A DNA stretch of 64,000 nucleotides from the NCBI RefSeq assembly GCF_001194135.2, contig NC_068986.1, positions 110,806,184-110,870,183 of the forward strand, given 5' to 3'. Origin of the DNA: Octopus bimaculoides. Lineage: Eukaryota. The translations under genes were made by a program, and so were the position numbers. Under the pieces are notes generated by a model, which was not told where the DNA came from, searched no databases, and saw only the letters and a program-made list of their open reading frames with translations. Positions 52,912-64,000 of this stretch are shown here, in pieces. Position 1 is the stretch's first letter, and the number at the start of each line of letters is the position of its first letter.

Positions 52912-53925
52912 AAAAGCAAAGGAGTTCTGGAGTGGATTATGGGGAAACGATGTGGAGCATAGAAGGTAGGTAATGTGGATAGGAACTCCGAATACAGAAT
53001 TACAAGGAGGAAATAAAGTAATATTGTGATAAGCACGGGTGATGCCAAATAACAAGTGGGTAAAGTGCTTAACTGGAAAGCCCCCGGACCAGATGGGATT
53101 CATGGCTTCTGGCTGAAGAGATGCTACGCAGTGCATGAAAGACTAGCAGCCCAATTGAATGAGTGTGTCCTGAAAGGTACAGTCCCCTCGTGGATGGTAA
53201 CTGGGAGGACAACACTTGTAATGAAAGATAGAAGAAAAAGGGAATAGTGTGGGAAACTACCGTCCCATAGGATGTCTAAACATAATCTGGGAGATACAGG
53301 AATATATGTGGCAAAGACATACACTTTCCTGGCGCAAGAAGAAATTATACCAAGGGTACAAAAAGGGTGTAGGAAGAGTTCTCAAGGTACCACGGATCAC
53401 TTTGTCAATCGATAAAACAGTTTTGAGGCATTGCAAAAAAAAAAATCATACAAACATGCTTATGGATTGGATTTACTTAAGGAAGGCATATCATATGATG
53501 CATTATTCTTGAATCACTGAATGCCTGCAGATATTTAGTGTTTCTGGCAAAATCACAAATTTTTTGTTGCATAGCAGGAAAGAGTGGAGAAACAAATTGT
53601 ACTCAGGTAATGTATTCCTTGGAGAAGTTAATATTAAAAGGGGAATCTTCCAAGGTGTCTCGTTTTCTCCGTTACATTTTGTAGTTGCATTAATGCCCAT
53701 AACAATGATATTTAGGAAAGTTGAGATGGGTTACCGATGTGGGAAGAAAGGCCCATCATCGAACCATTTTCTGTTTATGGATGACATGAAATTGTTTAGA
53801 AAATCTGAAAAACAGATAGATTCCTTAACCAAAACAGACCAGAAGTGTGGTAGGGACATCGGTATGGAATTTGGGATTACCAAATTCTCAGTACTTATTA
53901 TGAAAAGAGGGAAGAAAGCAGAGAT
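52912..53925 (+). mobile_element. R4/Dong-like RT region (family E), truncated at both ends
   Basis: NWKAPGPDGIHGFWLK, GNYRPIGCL, RGIFQGVSFSPLHF and HFLFMDDMKLF (53774-53797). Confidence 0.92.
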
Positions 53926-54206
53926 AGTACTTCTTGTTACAACAAACATTTCGGCTGTTTTTGTTACGCTACCGCCTGCCATACGAGCACCAACAATTTG
54001 ACCTCTCTAAAAGTCGGATATATCTGAAATTTATTTATCTTTTTCAGGTGATATCTAAAACGAAGCAGCAATTTTAGCAAAGCATATTAACACTAATAAT
54101 AAATAAAAAAAAACATAAAAATAAACAAGCTTTTGACGATTTTATAGATATTTCGAAATTACGATGCTATGATTCTAGGTGTTTCCATTATTTTGTCCAA
54201 CCCCTG
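53926..54206 (-). mobile_element. Tc1-family transposon, 5' end fragment
   Basis: TA followed by TIR CAGGGGTTGGACAAAATAATGGAAACACC. Minus-strand SDF*RGQIVGARMAGGSVTKTAEMF is a Tc1 transposase N-terminus. Confidence 0.85.
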
Positions 54207-54481
54207 TATATATATTTATATATATATATAAAATTACGTAGTTCTATGTAGGTATAGTGGGATTAGGTATCGATATATCGCCGGAAGGCCAGTTTTTCTT
54301 CATTTCCCTATCTCTGTCAAAACGTCCTTTACAAAAACGAGTATGTATTGTAGTAAACCGCCATTGCGTAATTTTTCATGTCAAATTCTTTTAATATATG
54401 AATTGACATGTAAAAGATTATATTTCTGCATACACACACACACATGTATATATGTGTGCGTGTGTATGTATATATACATAC

Positions 54482-54544
<63 letters not shown>

Positions 54545-54808
54545 NNNNNNNNNNNNNNNNNNNNNNNNNNNNNNNNNNNNNNNNNNNNNNNNNNNNNNNN
54601 NNNNNNNNNNNNNNNNNNNNNNNNNNNNNNNNNNNNNNNNNNNNNNNNNNNNNNNNNNNNNNNNNNNNNNNNNNNNNNNNNNNNNNNNNNNNNNNNNNNN
54701 NNNNNNNNNNNNNNNNNNNNNNNNNNNNNNNNNNNNNNNNNNNNNNNNNNNNNNNNNNNNNNNNNNNNNNNNNNNNNNNNNNNNNNNNNNNNNNNNNNNN
54801 NNNNNNNN
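54545..54808. other. Assembly gap (N) inside a TA/CA-rich tract
   Basis: N run. Confidence 0.99.
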
Positions 54809-55861
54809 GGTACGTATGTGCATATGTATAAATGTGGACGTATGAGTGTGTGTATATATATAGGTGTGTATATATATATATCTGTGTGTGTGTGTGTATG
54901 TATGTATATATATACATATCTTTATATATTTTGCCATATATATATATACATACATACACACCCACGCACACACACACACACATACACACACATACACACA
55001 CACACATATGTACATATATGCACATATATGTGCGTGTATGTATGTTAATTGTATATCTGCATACATATATCTATATTTAATGTGCATATAGTTGTATGTC
55101 GGTGAGAGCTTCTGTGTTTACATTTATGTTTGCATACATACACATATATATGCACTCACACACTCATAAGCACACGTGCACACACCGACATTTACGCACA
55201 CATGCATTCTAGCGTCTGGATGCGGGAAAAGGCTAATTTGTATGGTATGCAAAAGTATGTTTATATGTGTACGTATGCACGTTTATGGCAATGTGGGAGT
55301 GTGCCTGTATGTTCGTGTTATTGTGCGTGTGAAAAAGCAACACAATATTATTAACGAAATAATGTTCAGCAAATCTGATTAATTTAAAAAACAATCAATG
55401 TCATATTTGTAAAATTACACTTAACTTTCGGTGCAGTGACATTAAAGATGTGGTTTAAAAAAAATTCAAATAAATAAATATTTAAAATGGCGCCTAGTTT
55501 GATCTGTTTTAAAATATTTGCTTTACATTTCGTCTATAAACGGATAAACGTAAATCAATTACTGTAAAACATTTTTGTCTAACAACATATAGGTTTGTTC
55601 TAGATTTTGCTTATTTTGTTTTTTTATCGTTGTCTCTACATACTGTCAGCGCGGATATCTCTCCGGCTGACCACTACTTCATGCGCAGAGCTTAAAATAC
55701 TTAAACCAATTTAGTAATGGAAATAAAAACAAAACACATACAGCAATAACAACAGTAGCAACAAGAACATCAGTAATAATAATAATAATAATAATATAAT
55801 ATTATTATTATTAATAATAATAATAATAATATGCTTTGTTTAAAATACAAACAACAAACTT

Positions 55862-55895
<34 letters not shown>

Positions 55896-56929
55896 CTATG
55901 TATGTTTGTCTGGGAATGTTTTATTTTATTTATATACATTGTCAATCCTGTATTGTTTTAAAGGATAAATTTAGAATATATGTACTTGAATTAATTTCCA
56001 TTATCTTGTGTGTATATATTGTATTGTATGTTGTGTGTACAAACAAAGTATTTTTGAAGTAAAACAAAAATGGGAAACAAATTATCAGGTAATATAAGGC
56101 GCCATTTGATTTGTCTCTGTGTCCAATCAATCCCCATCGAGCGATCGCTTTGGCATAGACGCAGATACAGCCATAAAATTAAACAAAAACACAAACCATA
56201 TATAGTATGATATATATGTGTGTGTGTGTGTGTGTGTATTTCACAAATCTTGTCGCTGAATATATACACGACATAATGGAAAAAGTACATTTAGTTTTGG
56301 CCAAATAAGTAGCATGCGGTAGTAAGTCCAATGCCGTATTCAGTTATTGTTCAGTATGTATTTGGTTACAATTCTATCGAAGCAATTTTTACTTTTATCT
56401 TAGCGTTGCCTCCATATATATTCCTCTGTTAAGTGCTGCCAATGAGTGCCTTATACACCGGTATATAAGAGCCACCGGTATTCGTGTAAGTTTCGTGTGG
56501 AAAAACTAAAATCTAGTGTTTCATTCTACGTAGACCGAGATATATATACATATATATTTGTGCGTGTGTGTGTGTGTGTGTGTGTGTATATGCATCGAAA
56601 AAATTTACACAGTACGCCAATGGCTCTGCTGATGAATTATGAGAGCATTCATAAGCATACACGTTCGCAGGTGTTGTAAACCAAGCTTCCCTCATTCTCC
56701 AAACTGGTGGTGTATTTACAGACATCTCAAATTCTGCATAAAAAATGATTTTTTTTCTTTTTCGAAAATAACCATGACATCCTTTTCCTCTATTGCCATT
56801 ATTGACAATCATTGTTTTCCGAGTTGACCTGTCATATTTCACACGACTTCAATGACGACTATACACAATGCCTAAGTCGTAGTATTGGTTCTGTTTTGCG
56901 CTGTGTGTGTGTGGGGGGGTATTCTGCAA

Positions 56930-57290
56930 AAACTTTCGTCACCTAGCATCTGTTGACAGACCTAATCACGCATGCAAGCCTTTTAACAAGTCCAAAGTAA
57001 AACGACGATACTGCAACATTGCATCAATGCTCAGGAGGTTAGCTCCCCTTAAGATCGCTGTATCTGGAATCTACAAGAGTAAGCTATCATTCACATTGCA
57101 TCCCAGACATTTCTAATATAAGCATGAAAGGCGTTTCCATAGTGTCTCTGAAGGGTCCATGCATCAAACAGTAAAAGAGCGATGTCGGCACACATATACG
57201 TTACACAGCAGTGTTTCTTCACTTTCTGATACCATCTTGGGAGCAGACCCAACGCTAATGAACCTCGAAGGAATCAGGTGTCATTTGATG
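56930..57290 (-). mobile_element. RTE (BovB-like) LINE relic
   Basis: ALLLFDAWTLQRH..AFHA and IPDTAILRGANLLSIDAMLQYRR resemble the RTE thumb/C-terminal region. Confidence 0.6.
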
Positions 57291-57833
57291 CTATACGAAT
57301 ATATATATATATATATATATATANNNNNNNNNNGAGAGAGAGAGAGATTCAGAGGAATATGGTATTTAAGTTGAGGCACCAGAATTTAGTACGGTATTAT
57401 CCATACAATTTCAAAATAAGGTGATTAAAATCACAATAATAAACAAGGATATCCAGAGGTAATGCAGCACGATGGTTTCAAGCAACTCCATTTAAATGAA
57501 TAATGCAATCATTACATTAATTTAAATGCAGAGCAATCCTCAGTTGCATAAAGACAGAATTTAATTAAATTAAAACAGATGAACATATTAGTATAATTTT
57601 ACTTAAAATCTCCAAGAAGGTAAGGAGATAGACACAGAACATTCTGCCCAAACTTCACCATAGAAGCTACTAAAGTATCAGTAAGAAAGACTTGTTACAG
57701 ATTTTGCTTGTCACTGTTTTATGGGATCAGTTTTAATTTATAGACTAGTTTTATCAAGTCTACGAAAAAAGATGGCCGATGGGCACGCGTGATCCACGTG
57801 AGCAAGGGGGGAGGAAATGAGGGAGAGGTAGAG

Positions 57834-57837
57834 TGTG

Positions 57838-57929
<92 letters not shown>

Positions 57930-57948
57930 GAGAGAGAGAGAGAGAGAG
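57834..57948. repeat. (TA)n/(GA)n compound microsatellite
   Basis: Direct reading of the sequence. Confidence 0.95.
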
Positions 57949-58920
57949 ACACCTATACATACATCTATATTTTTTCTGATTCATGGATTATAATTAATAT
58001 AAAAATACCATGTTTATCTTTCCAGTATTCCATAAGTAATTGCCCTGAGCAGTGTTTATAGAAAACACCTAATATGTAATTAATTAAGTATATGAATGAA
58101 TATTAAACCGACTCTATGTAGTCTTTCCTTTTTAGTGTTTATAAATGCTATATACACAAATTTTACCTATTTTGGTTATATCAAGTTTGAAAAGCTTAAA
58201 TTTTATTTTTATACAACATAACATTGTTTATAAACAATCACTCACATTGCCCCAAGATGAAATTTCCTCTGTATTAATATCTTAGGTTATGTTAGCGTAT
58301 TGCCCCTTTAACTGGTAATTAATATCATAATTTAGAGTCTTCCCCTGCCAATCCTCCTTTTATAGACAGTTACTCTATATCCAATTGATTAATCCTAATG
58401 TCTTCGTTCGCCCTTGAAGGAAAGGGATATATATGATATTATTTATGACCATACCTATCCATGAGCTGTCAACTCACTCTTGCCCTTTATTCTAAACGGA
58501 GACAGTCCTCTAGTCTTAGATTTAGTAGATGATAAAGAGATAAATGAATTAGAAATGAATCACAATACTTTACAAGCTATGATCCCAATGGGCTTCATGC
58601 GATTCGTGGAAGTGTAGTCTATTCTTAGCTACAATAGCGTTGACATGAATTTCTTCCATCTTCTTGCTCTAATGTATTTGCGAAAAATTATATTAATGTG
58701 AACAACTGGTTAGAATTCTATATATTTATTTATCTGTGCAGCTGATGGTGGCACTGCATTTAAATTGATGTAATGATTGCATTGTTCAATTAAACGAAGC
58801 CGCTTGAAACGGTCGTATTGCATTAATACTTGTTATTCTGTTGCTTATTTTGATATTATGTATACATTCACACACACACACACATTATATATATATATAT
58901 ATATACATACATATATATTG

Positions 58921-59130
58921 GACAACCTGAGTCACGAAAGTGAAATAACCAGCTGTTTCAAAATTTAGCATCCAAATTATGTATATATATATATATATAT
59001 ATGACATATTAATATCGATATGAACTAAATAGGGAACTAAATACTTCAAGGGTTGTGTATGTACGTTATAGGAATTTGGATGCTAAATTCTGAAACAGCT
59101 GGTTATTTCACTTTCGTGACTCACGATGTC
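58921..59130. mobile_element. MITE with 58-bp TIRs
   Basis: 58921-58978 and 59073-59130 are near-perfect reverse complements (tgagtcacgaaagtgaaataaccagctgtttca.aatttagcatccaaatt). TSD not resolved. Confidence 0.8.
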
Positions 59131-59442
59131 AAACATTTTGTCTCAGAATATATCCGCATAAACTCATGACCTGGTTTCTTTAAATACTCTGAGAAACGGA
59201 AAATGATTTTTGAAAAGAGGAAAATGAAACATTTTCAGTGCATTATAGCTGGTGTCTTTGATGATTTTATTGAATATGTTAAGATGTATGACATCCACAG
59301 GAAAATTACTTTGAATTCTATCGTACATAGGAAACACTTAGCTGTTCGACTGAAAAAAATTCGGTGCATCATTATNNNNNNNNNNNNNNNNNNNNNNNNN
59401 NNNNNNNNNNNNNNNNNNNNNNNNNNNNNNNNNNNNNNNNNN

Positions 59443-59478
<36 letters not shown>

Positions 59479-61056
59479 ATATAGATAGATAAATAGCTAT
59501 ATATGCTGCTCTGTGTACGCAGTGTTTATATTTGAATAATCTTAAATGTGATCATGATGTATATTTGTGTATGTGTAAGTATGTGTATGTGCATTTATAT
59601 ATATATATACATTTATTTATTTATTTATTTATTTATTGTGTCTATGTATGTTATTGGGTGTAGGTCTTTCTATGTTTATATGTCTATGTGTGGTTATTTT
59701 CTCTATATTCATGTAATAAAATACATTAAAGTGTAAAATACAACGTTCGTATTTATTGATTTCCTTCCCAAAACTAGTTATAGCAAGGAATTGAAAACTT
59801 AGAGTCATATAAAAGAATCAGAATTTGACAATATTGGTAGTTAGTAGTGTTCTGATTTTAAATATAAAAAATGTTGGAGGAATATCTTACATAAATAACA
59901 TTTAAAAGCGTGACAAACTGGGTTACAATATACAAGTATAGAGCCAAGTGACTGTTTCACAAAGTAGCTGTCAGAAACACACACACGCACACACACCAAA
60001 AAAAGAAAACATCCAAATGCGCACACGCATCTATCACACCAGATCGAAGATACAAAAACAGAGAAGGGAATTGTATTCTCTTAAGGATGGAAATGGAAAC
60101 CTTTTTTTTTTTTTTACTTCAAAGAAATCTTTGCAAATTCTTGTTATTAGTTTTAACCTACGTGCATTATCATAAAAGCACGTAGAAATAGATACAATTT
60201 AGACACACTAAAGCAAGCAGAAAATCAGATATACGCAAATGCATGTATTGTGTGTGTGTGTGTGTGTGTGTGCGTGTATTGATAGAAATAGTAAGGCAAC
60301 AAAAGCATGAAAGAGACCGCGATATTATGTAAATAGAGGAATTTATCTGTAAATATATGTGTCAATTATTTGGTAGTCATGTTGGGGCGGAAACCCACGC
60401 CGCTATCTCTTCAGTTATCGGGCCATCGAAAACAATGGTATGAAGATGGCAGTTAAACAAAGGGAAATTACTGTATGATTGACCGTTATTAAGACAAAAA
60501 AGTTATTAGAATGACCGCTAAGTGGAGGGAGTAAAGGTAAGGGAGTAAAAATGTTCATAGCAATCGCGTAAGCGCGCATGTCCTTACACATGCGCGTCAG
60601 CACACCCACGTACATGTGCCTATGTGTATATACTCATCTACCCTCAATTGAAACACACACATGCTCACCCACACTTTCACCAAAAAATATATGCATACTC
60701 GCACACGCGTGCACAAATCTTCAAATCTTAGAAGAAAACACCGGCATACGTTAAATTAGCCGAGATGTAAAACTTCGAGTTATCGGTAATTCTATGGCAC
60801 ACCCAATATATCTATACCATCTAATGTATTAGGGTACACAACATACACTTAATATAACTTTAGCGTGTCACATGTTGAATGAAATATTAGGGTCCTGTAC
60901 AAGAAAACGATGTTCTATCTCATTGTAGAACTATATTCGAGTCGCTCTTTTAAAATCCAAATTAACTTTTGAAATTGACCTAGTATTGCAATTAATTTAT
61001 ATCGGGTCTAATTGAATGAATTTGCTTTGCAAATCTATTATAAAAAGTGCAAACAT

Positions 61057-61343
61057 CCCCTTCGGTCATGAATGATTATGGGATTACACATATAGGGTTC
61101 TCCTCCGAGGGACAAGGCCGGGCAAGATTGTTTGTGGAAGACCAGAAGTCACTCAAGCATACCAGTTTCCCTTCTCCACGCCATTAATGTTATCCAAGGG
61201 AAAGCAAGGACCGATACAGCATGACACCAGTGACGTCACAAATCATTTTTGCAGATGAGTGAACGGGAGCAACGTGAAATACAGTGTCTTGCTCAAGAAC
61301 ATATTACACAGCCCGATCTAGGGATCGAACTCACTACGTCATG

Positions 61344-61344
<1 letters not shown>
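61057..61344 (-). mobile_element. tRNA-derived SINE (family K), head truncated by a microsatellite
   Basis: Paralog of 32141-32410, with B-box gagttcgatccc on the minus strand. Confidence 0.8.
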
Positions 61345-61376
<32 letters not shown>

Positions 61377-62408
61377 CAAATATTTACAGCGCACACGCAC
61401 ACATATATGACGGTATTTATACGTTTCGATGCATAATTGTGCATATGTGCGTGTGCCGCTATTGTTTTAATATATATACGCGAATATATGTGTAGAGAAT
61501 TTCGTGCTGCAAAATTAGCTTGCAATTAAAATCCCCGTTTAATTAGGTAAAACCTGCAATAATTATATTATTTTCGATTTAAATTTCTCATATCGAGACT
61601 GAGATAGTATTATGCTTGTTGGTTCTAATAAAGACGGGAGTTATGCTAGAAGCACTTTTAATATTTACAATTTTAACTGTATTATGGAAAATAAAATAAA
61701 AACATGGAAAACACGAAGCGTAAAGCACATTTACACCACTAGCAACTAATACAAGAACAACAACAACCACAAGTATAACCATTATGAAAAGAATGATAAC
61801 ATGAGTATGAAGAAAAGAAGAAATTACCCAACCCCTCAACCATCAAAAAGAAGTAGCAAATAATAAACAAATAGCATGACAGGAAGAAAGAGGGAATTAC
61901 TATAACAACAACAACAAAATTAATAATAATAATAATAGTAATGAACGTGGCCAAAAGCTAAAGCAAAATAGACGGACGATGTTTTATCGTCTAAGTGTTT
62001 TGTAGCATGACAGATAATTAATACAGATGAATTACGTCTTGAAAAGACCAACCTGGAACTGTCAGATTCGGAGTTGTAAAAATAATTGACTTCCTTGGCA
62101 GTCAAGAATAGCAAAACAAAATTAACCACATAATGTTAAATAGAAAACAAATTCTCCAGGAGGTTTTACTTCTCGAATGGCAAGTCAAAATTGTCTGCTT
62201 TTAACGTGAAAGAATTGCTTTCCGATGTTTTCCTTTCATTTCATTAATCTATTTCCTTCTCCCGCGCATATTCATTTTCTGCCATTTTCTCTGTCTGTCT
62301 ATCCCTTTCTATAACTGTCTCACTCTCACATTTTCATTCTATATTAGGTGTCCTTGTCAATTTAACAATTTCTCTTAGTTGCCAGACATATTTCTCATAT
62401 AAACTACC

Positions 62409-62447
<39 letters not shown>

Positions 62448-62452
<5 letters not shown>

Positions 62453-62548
62453 TATAAAAAGATAAAGAGAGCAATGGTAAGGTTGGAAATATATCCATAA
62501 AATACCTTTCCACCCTTACCATTGCTCTCTTTATCTTTTTATATATTT
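62448..62548. repeat. 42-bp inverted repeat with 17-nt loop
   Basis: 62448-62489 versus 62507-62548, one mismatch. Confidence 0.92.
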
Positions 62549-62697
62549 ACATATACACACGCTAATACACGACTTATAATCCCCAATCCTGTTCATAGAA
62601 CGACTGGGGCAAAACTAGTCGGTATACAGCACTTACTCGGTATTACCTGTATCCTCTTGGGTTTGGTTAAATCCAATACCCTCCTCAACCTTGTATG

Positions 62698-62731
<34 letters not shown>

Positions 62732-63175
62732 AACACACAATTTTGGTAGGTGATAAAAAAGTCAGTTAAAAACCATGAAAACTAAAAGTCAGTCATAAGC
62801 CTACGGCCGTTTTGGGGTGTTTTAAAGGGCTGTAGGAACAGTCAGTGTTCAGCTCCAACAAATAATATTTCCTTGTTCGGGGTTCACTGTTTGCTGGAAG
62901 TTTCAGTTAAATTCTACTTTCAATTTTGGATGATCCTGTATCAATTTCCCCAGTCATATTTTTAATTATTTAATCATTCTCTGTCCAACTACCAATAGGA
63001 ATTCATCATGTAGAATTTAACTGAATCTTGCCACAAAATCTCCTAATTTTGTATCTATTTTCGAATTTTTTATCCATGTGAAAAATACAGAGATTACGAC
63101 ACATTTCCTGTGTTTTCACTAGAAATATATATGAGAGATTGACAGGCATCTGCAGCCAGCTGGTCGTGCTACTTC

Positions 63176-63212
63176 AGGCTGATGACGAGCAAAGACTCAG
63201 AAACATGTCCCT
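63176..63212 (+). ncRNA. Minimal type I hammerhead ribozyme-like motif
   Basis: agg-CTGATGA-c-gag(caaaga)ctc-a-GAAA-CATG-TC-cct: intact core, palindromic ACATGT stem III, GUC site and a 3-bp stem I. The first stem II pair is a C/A mismatch. Confidence 0.6.
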
Positions 63213-64000
63213 AAATGCTGGTTAGGCTGGGTGGAGGTGCTTGTCTCCCCCTTGTAAACATAAAGACACAGGAAATGTGTCAAGCCTGACAGGAAGCGGT
63301 GCTGCTTCCTAGGGTTAAATACCAGCAGTATGATTCCATTATTGGGACTGTCACGTAAAGTTGACAGTATACAACTGCTTTATATATATATATACACTTT
63401 TATATATAAGTAAGCATAAAAATTATATTTCCGCTTTCTTTCTATTTTTTTATTTTTATTCATTATGTTTTCTTGCCCTGATTTTACAAGGAGAAAGCAT
63501 AGGCTGTGCTGAGGGAGGTGGAAAAAACAGGTAAAAGGCGCTGAAAATAATAGTATTTTACTTTTATAAATATGTAGACGACAATACTTCATTGTGTGAG
63601 TAGAATCTATCACGCAATCTACAGCAATGATGAGAGTCAATCATTGAACCCGCCCGTGTTGTTTAAAAAGATTGAAAGACGATTGAGTGTGGAATAATTA
63701 TTTTTGCCTGGGATACTGAAATGGAAATACCTTGGCGGAACTGAGAGATAAAAGAGAGAAAGATTTATAATGAGAGGTGCATTAAATAGGTAAAGAGATA
63801 GGTAGAAAATTGGGACAATTTGCATGGGAGATATATAACTAGCTACTCATTAATAACTGATGAAGGGAAGGCAGTGAAATATCTACAAGTTGGACAAAAG
63901 TCAAAAAGAATTAACGAAGCATCGGGTCAGAGAGGAAAGAACTGAATATCAGCAAAAACAAAGAAAAAACAACTATGATCACTAACAAAGCGAATCCAAA

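Noticed and set aside
57350-57700. Repeat-like block after the 10-N gap
   Set aside because: It looks like a dispersed repeat, but there is no second copy or diagnostic terminus in this window.

Overview
AT-rich eukaryotic (animal) genomic DNA, dense in microsatellites, with about ten N-gaps that mostly abut (TA)n/(CA)n/(GA)n runs. The repeat repertoire and TTAGGG motifs suggest a coleoid cephalopod such as Octopus (inference, not proven). I could not recognise any intact host protein-coding gene, so the window reads as intergenic or intronic. It contains: many decayed R4/Dong-like RLE-endonuclease non-LTR retrotransposons stacked in (TAA)n tracts; CR1 and RTE relics; several tRNA-headed SINE families; an internally deleted mariner; a Tc1 5' end; a hAT-like MITE; and two Merlin-like MITEs with 8-bp TSDs and a telomeric-repeat palindrome. 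The most unusual signals are (i) a ~540-bp foldback made of two back-to-back tRNA-like Pol III heads, each leading into a Penelope-type minimal hammerhead ribozyme motif (6183-6725), (ii) a second minimal hammerhead motif framed by inverted repeats (63176-63212), and (iii) a SINE whose Pol III A-box is amplified into a 21/42-bp minisatellite. Ends of decayed elements are approximate, and family names come from recognised motifs without any database search.
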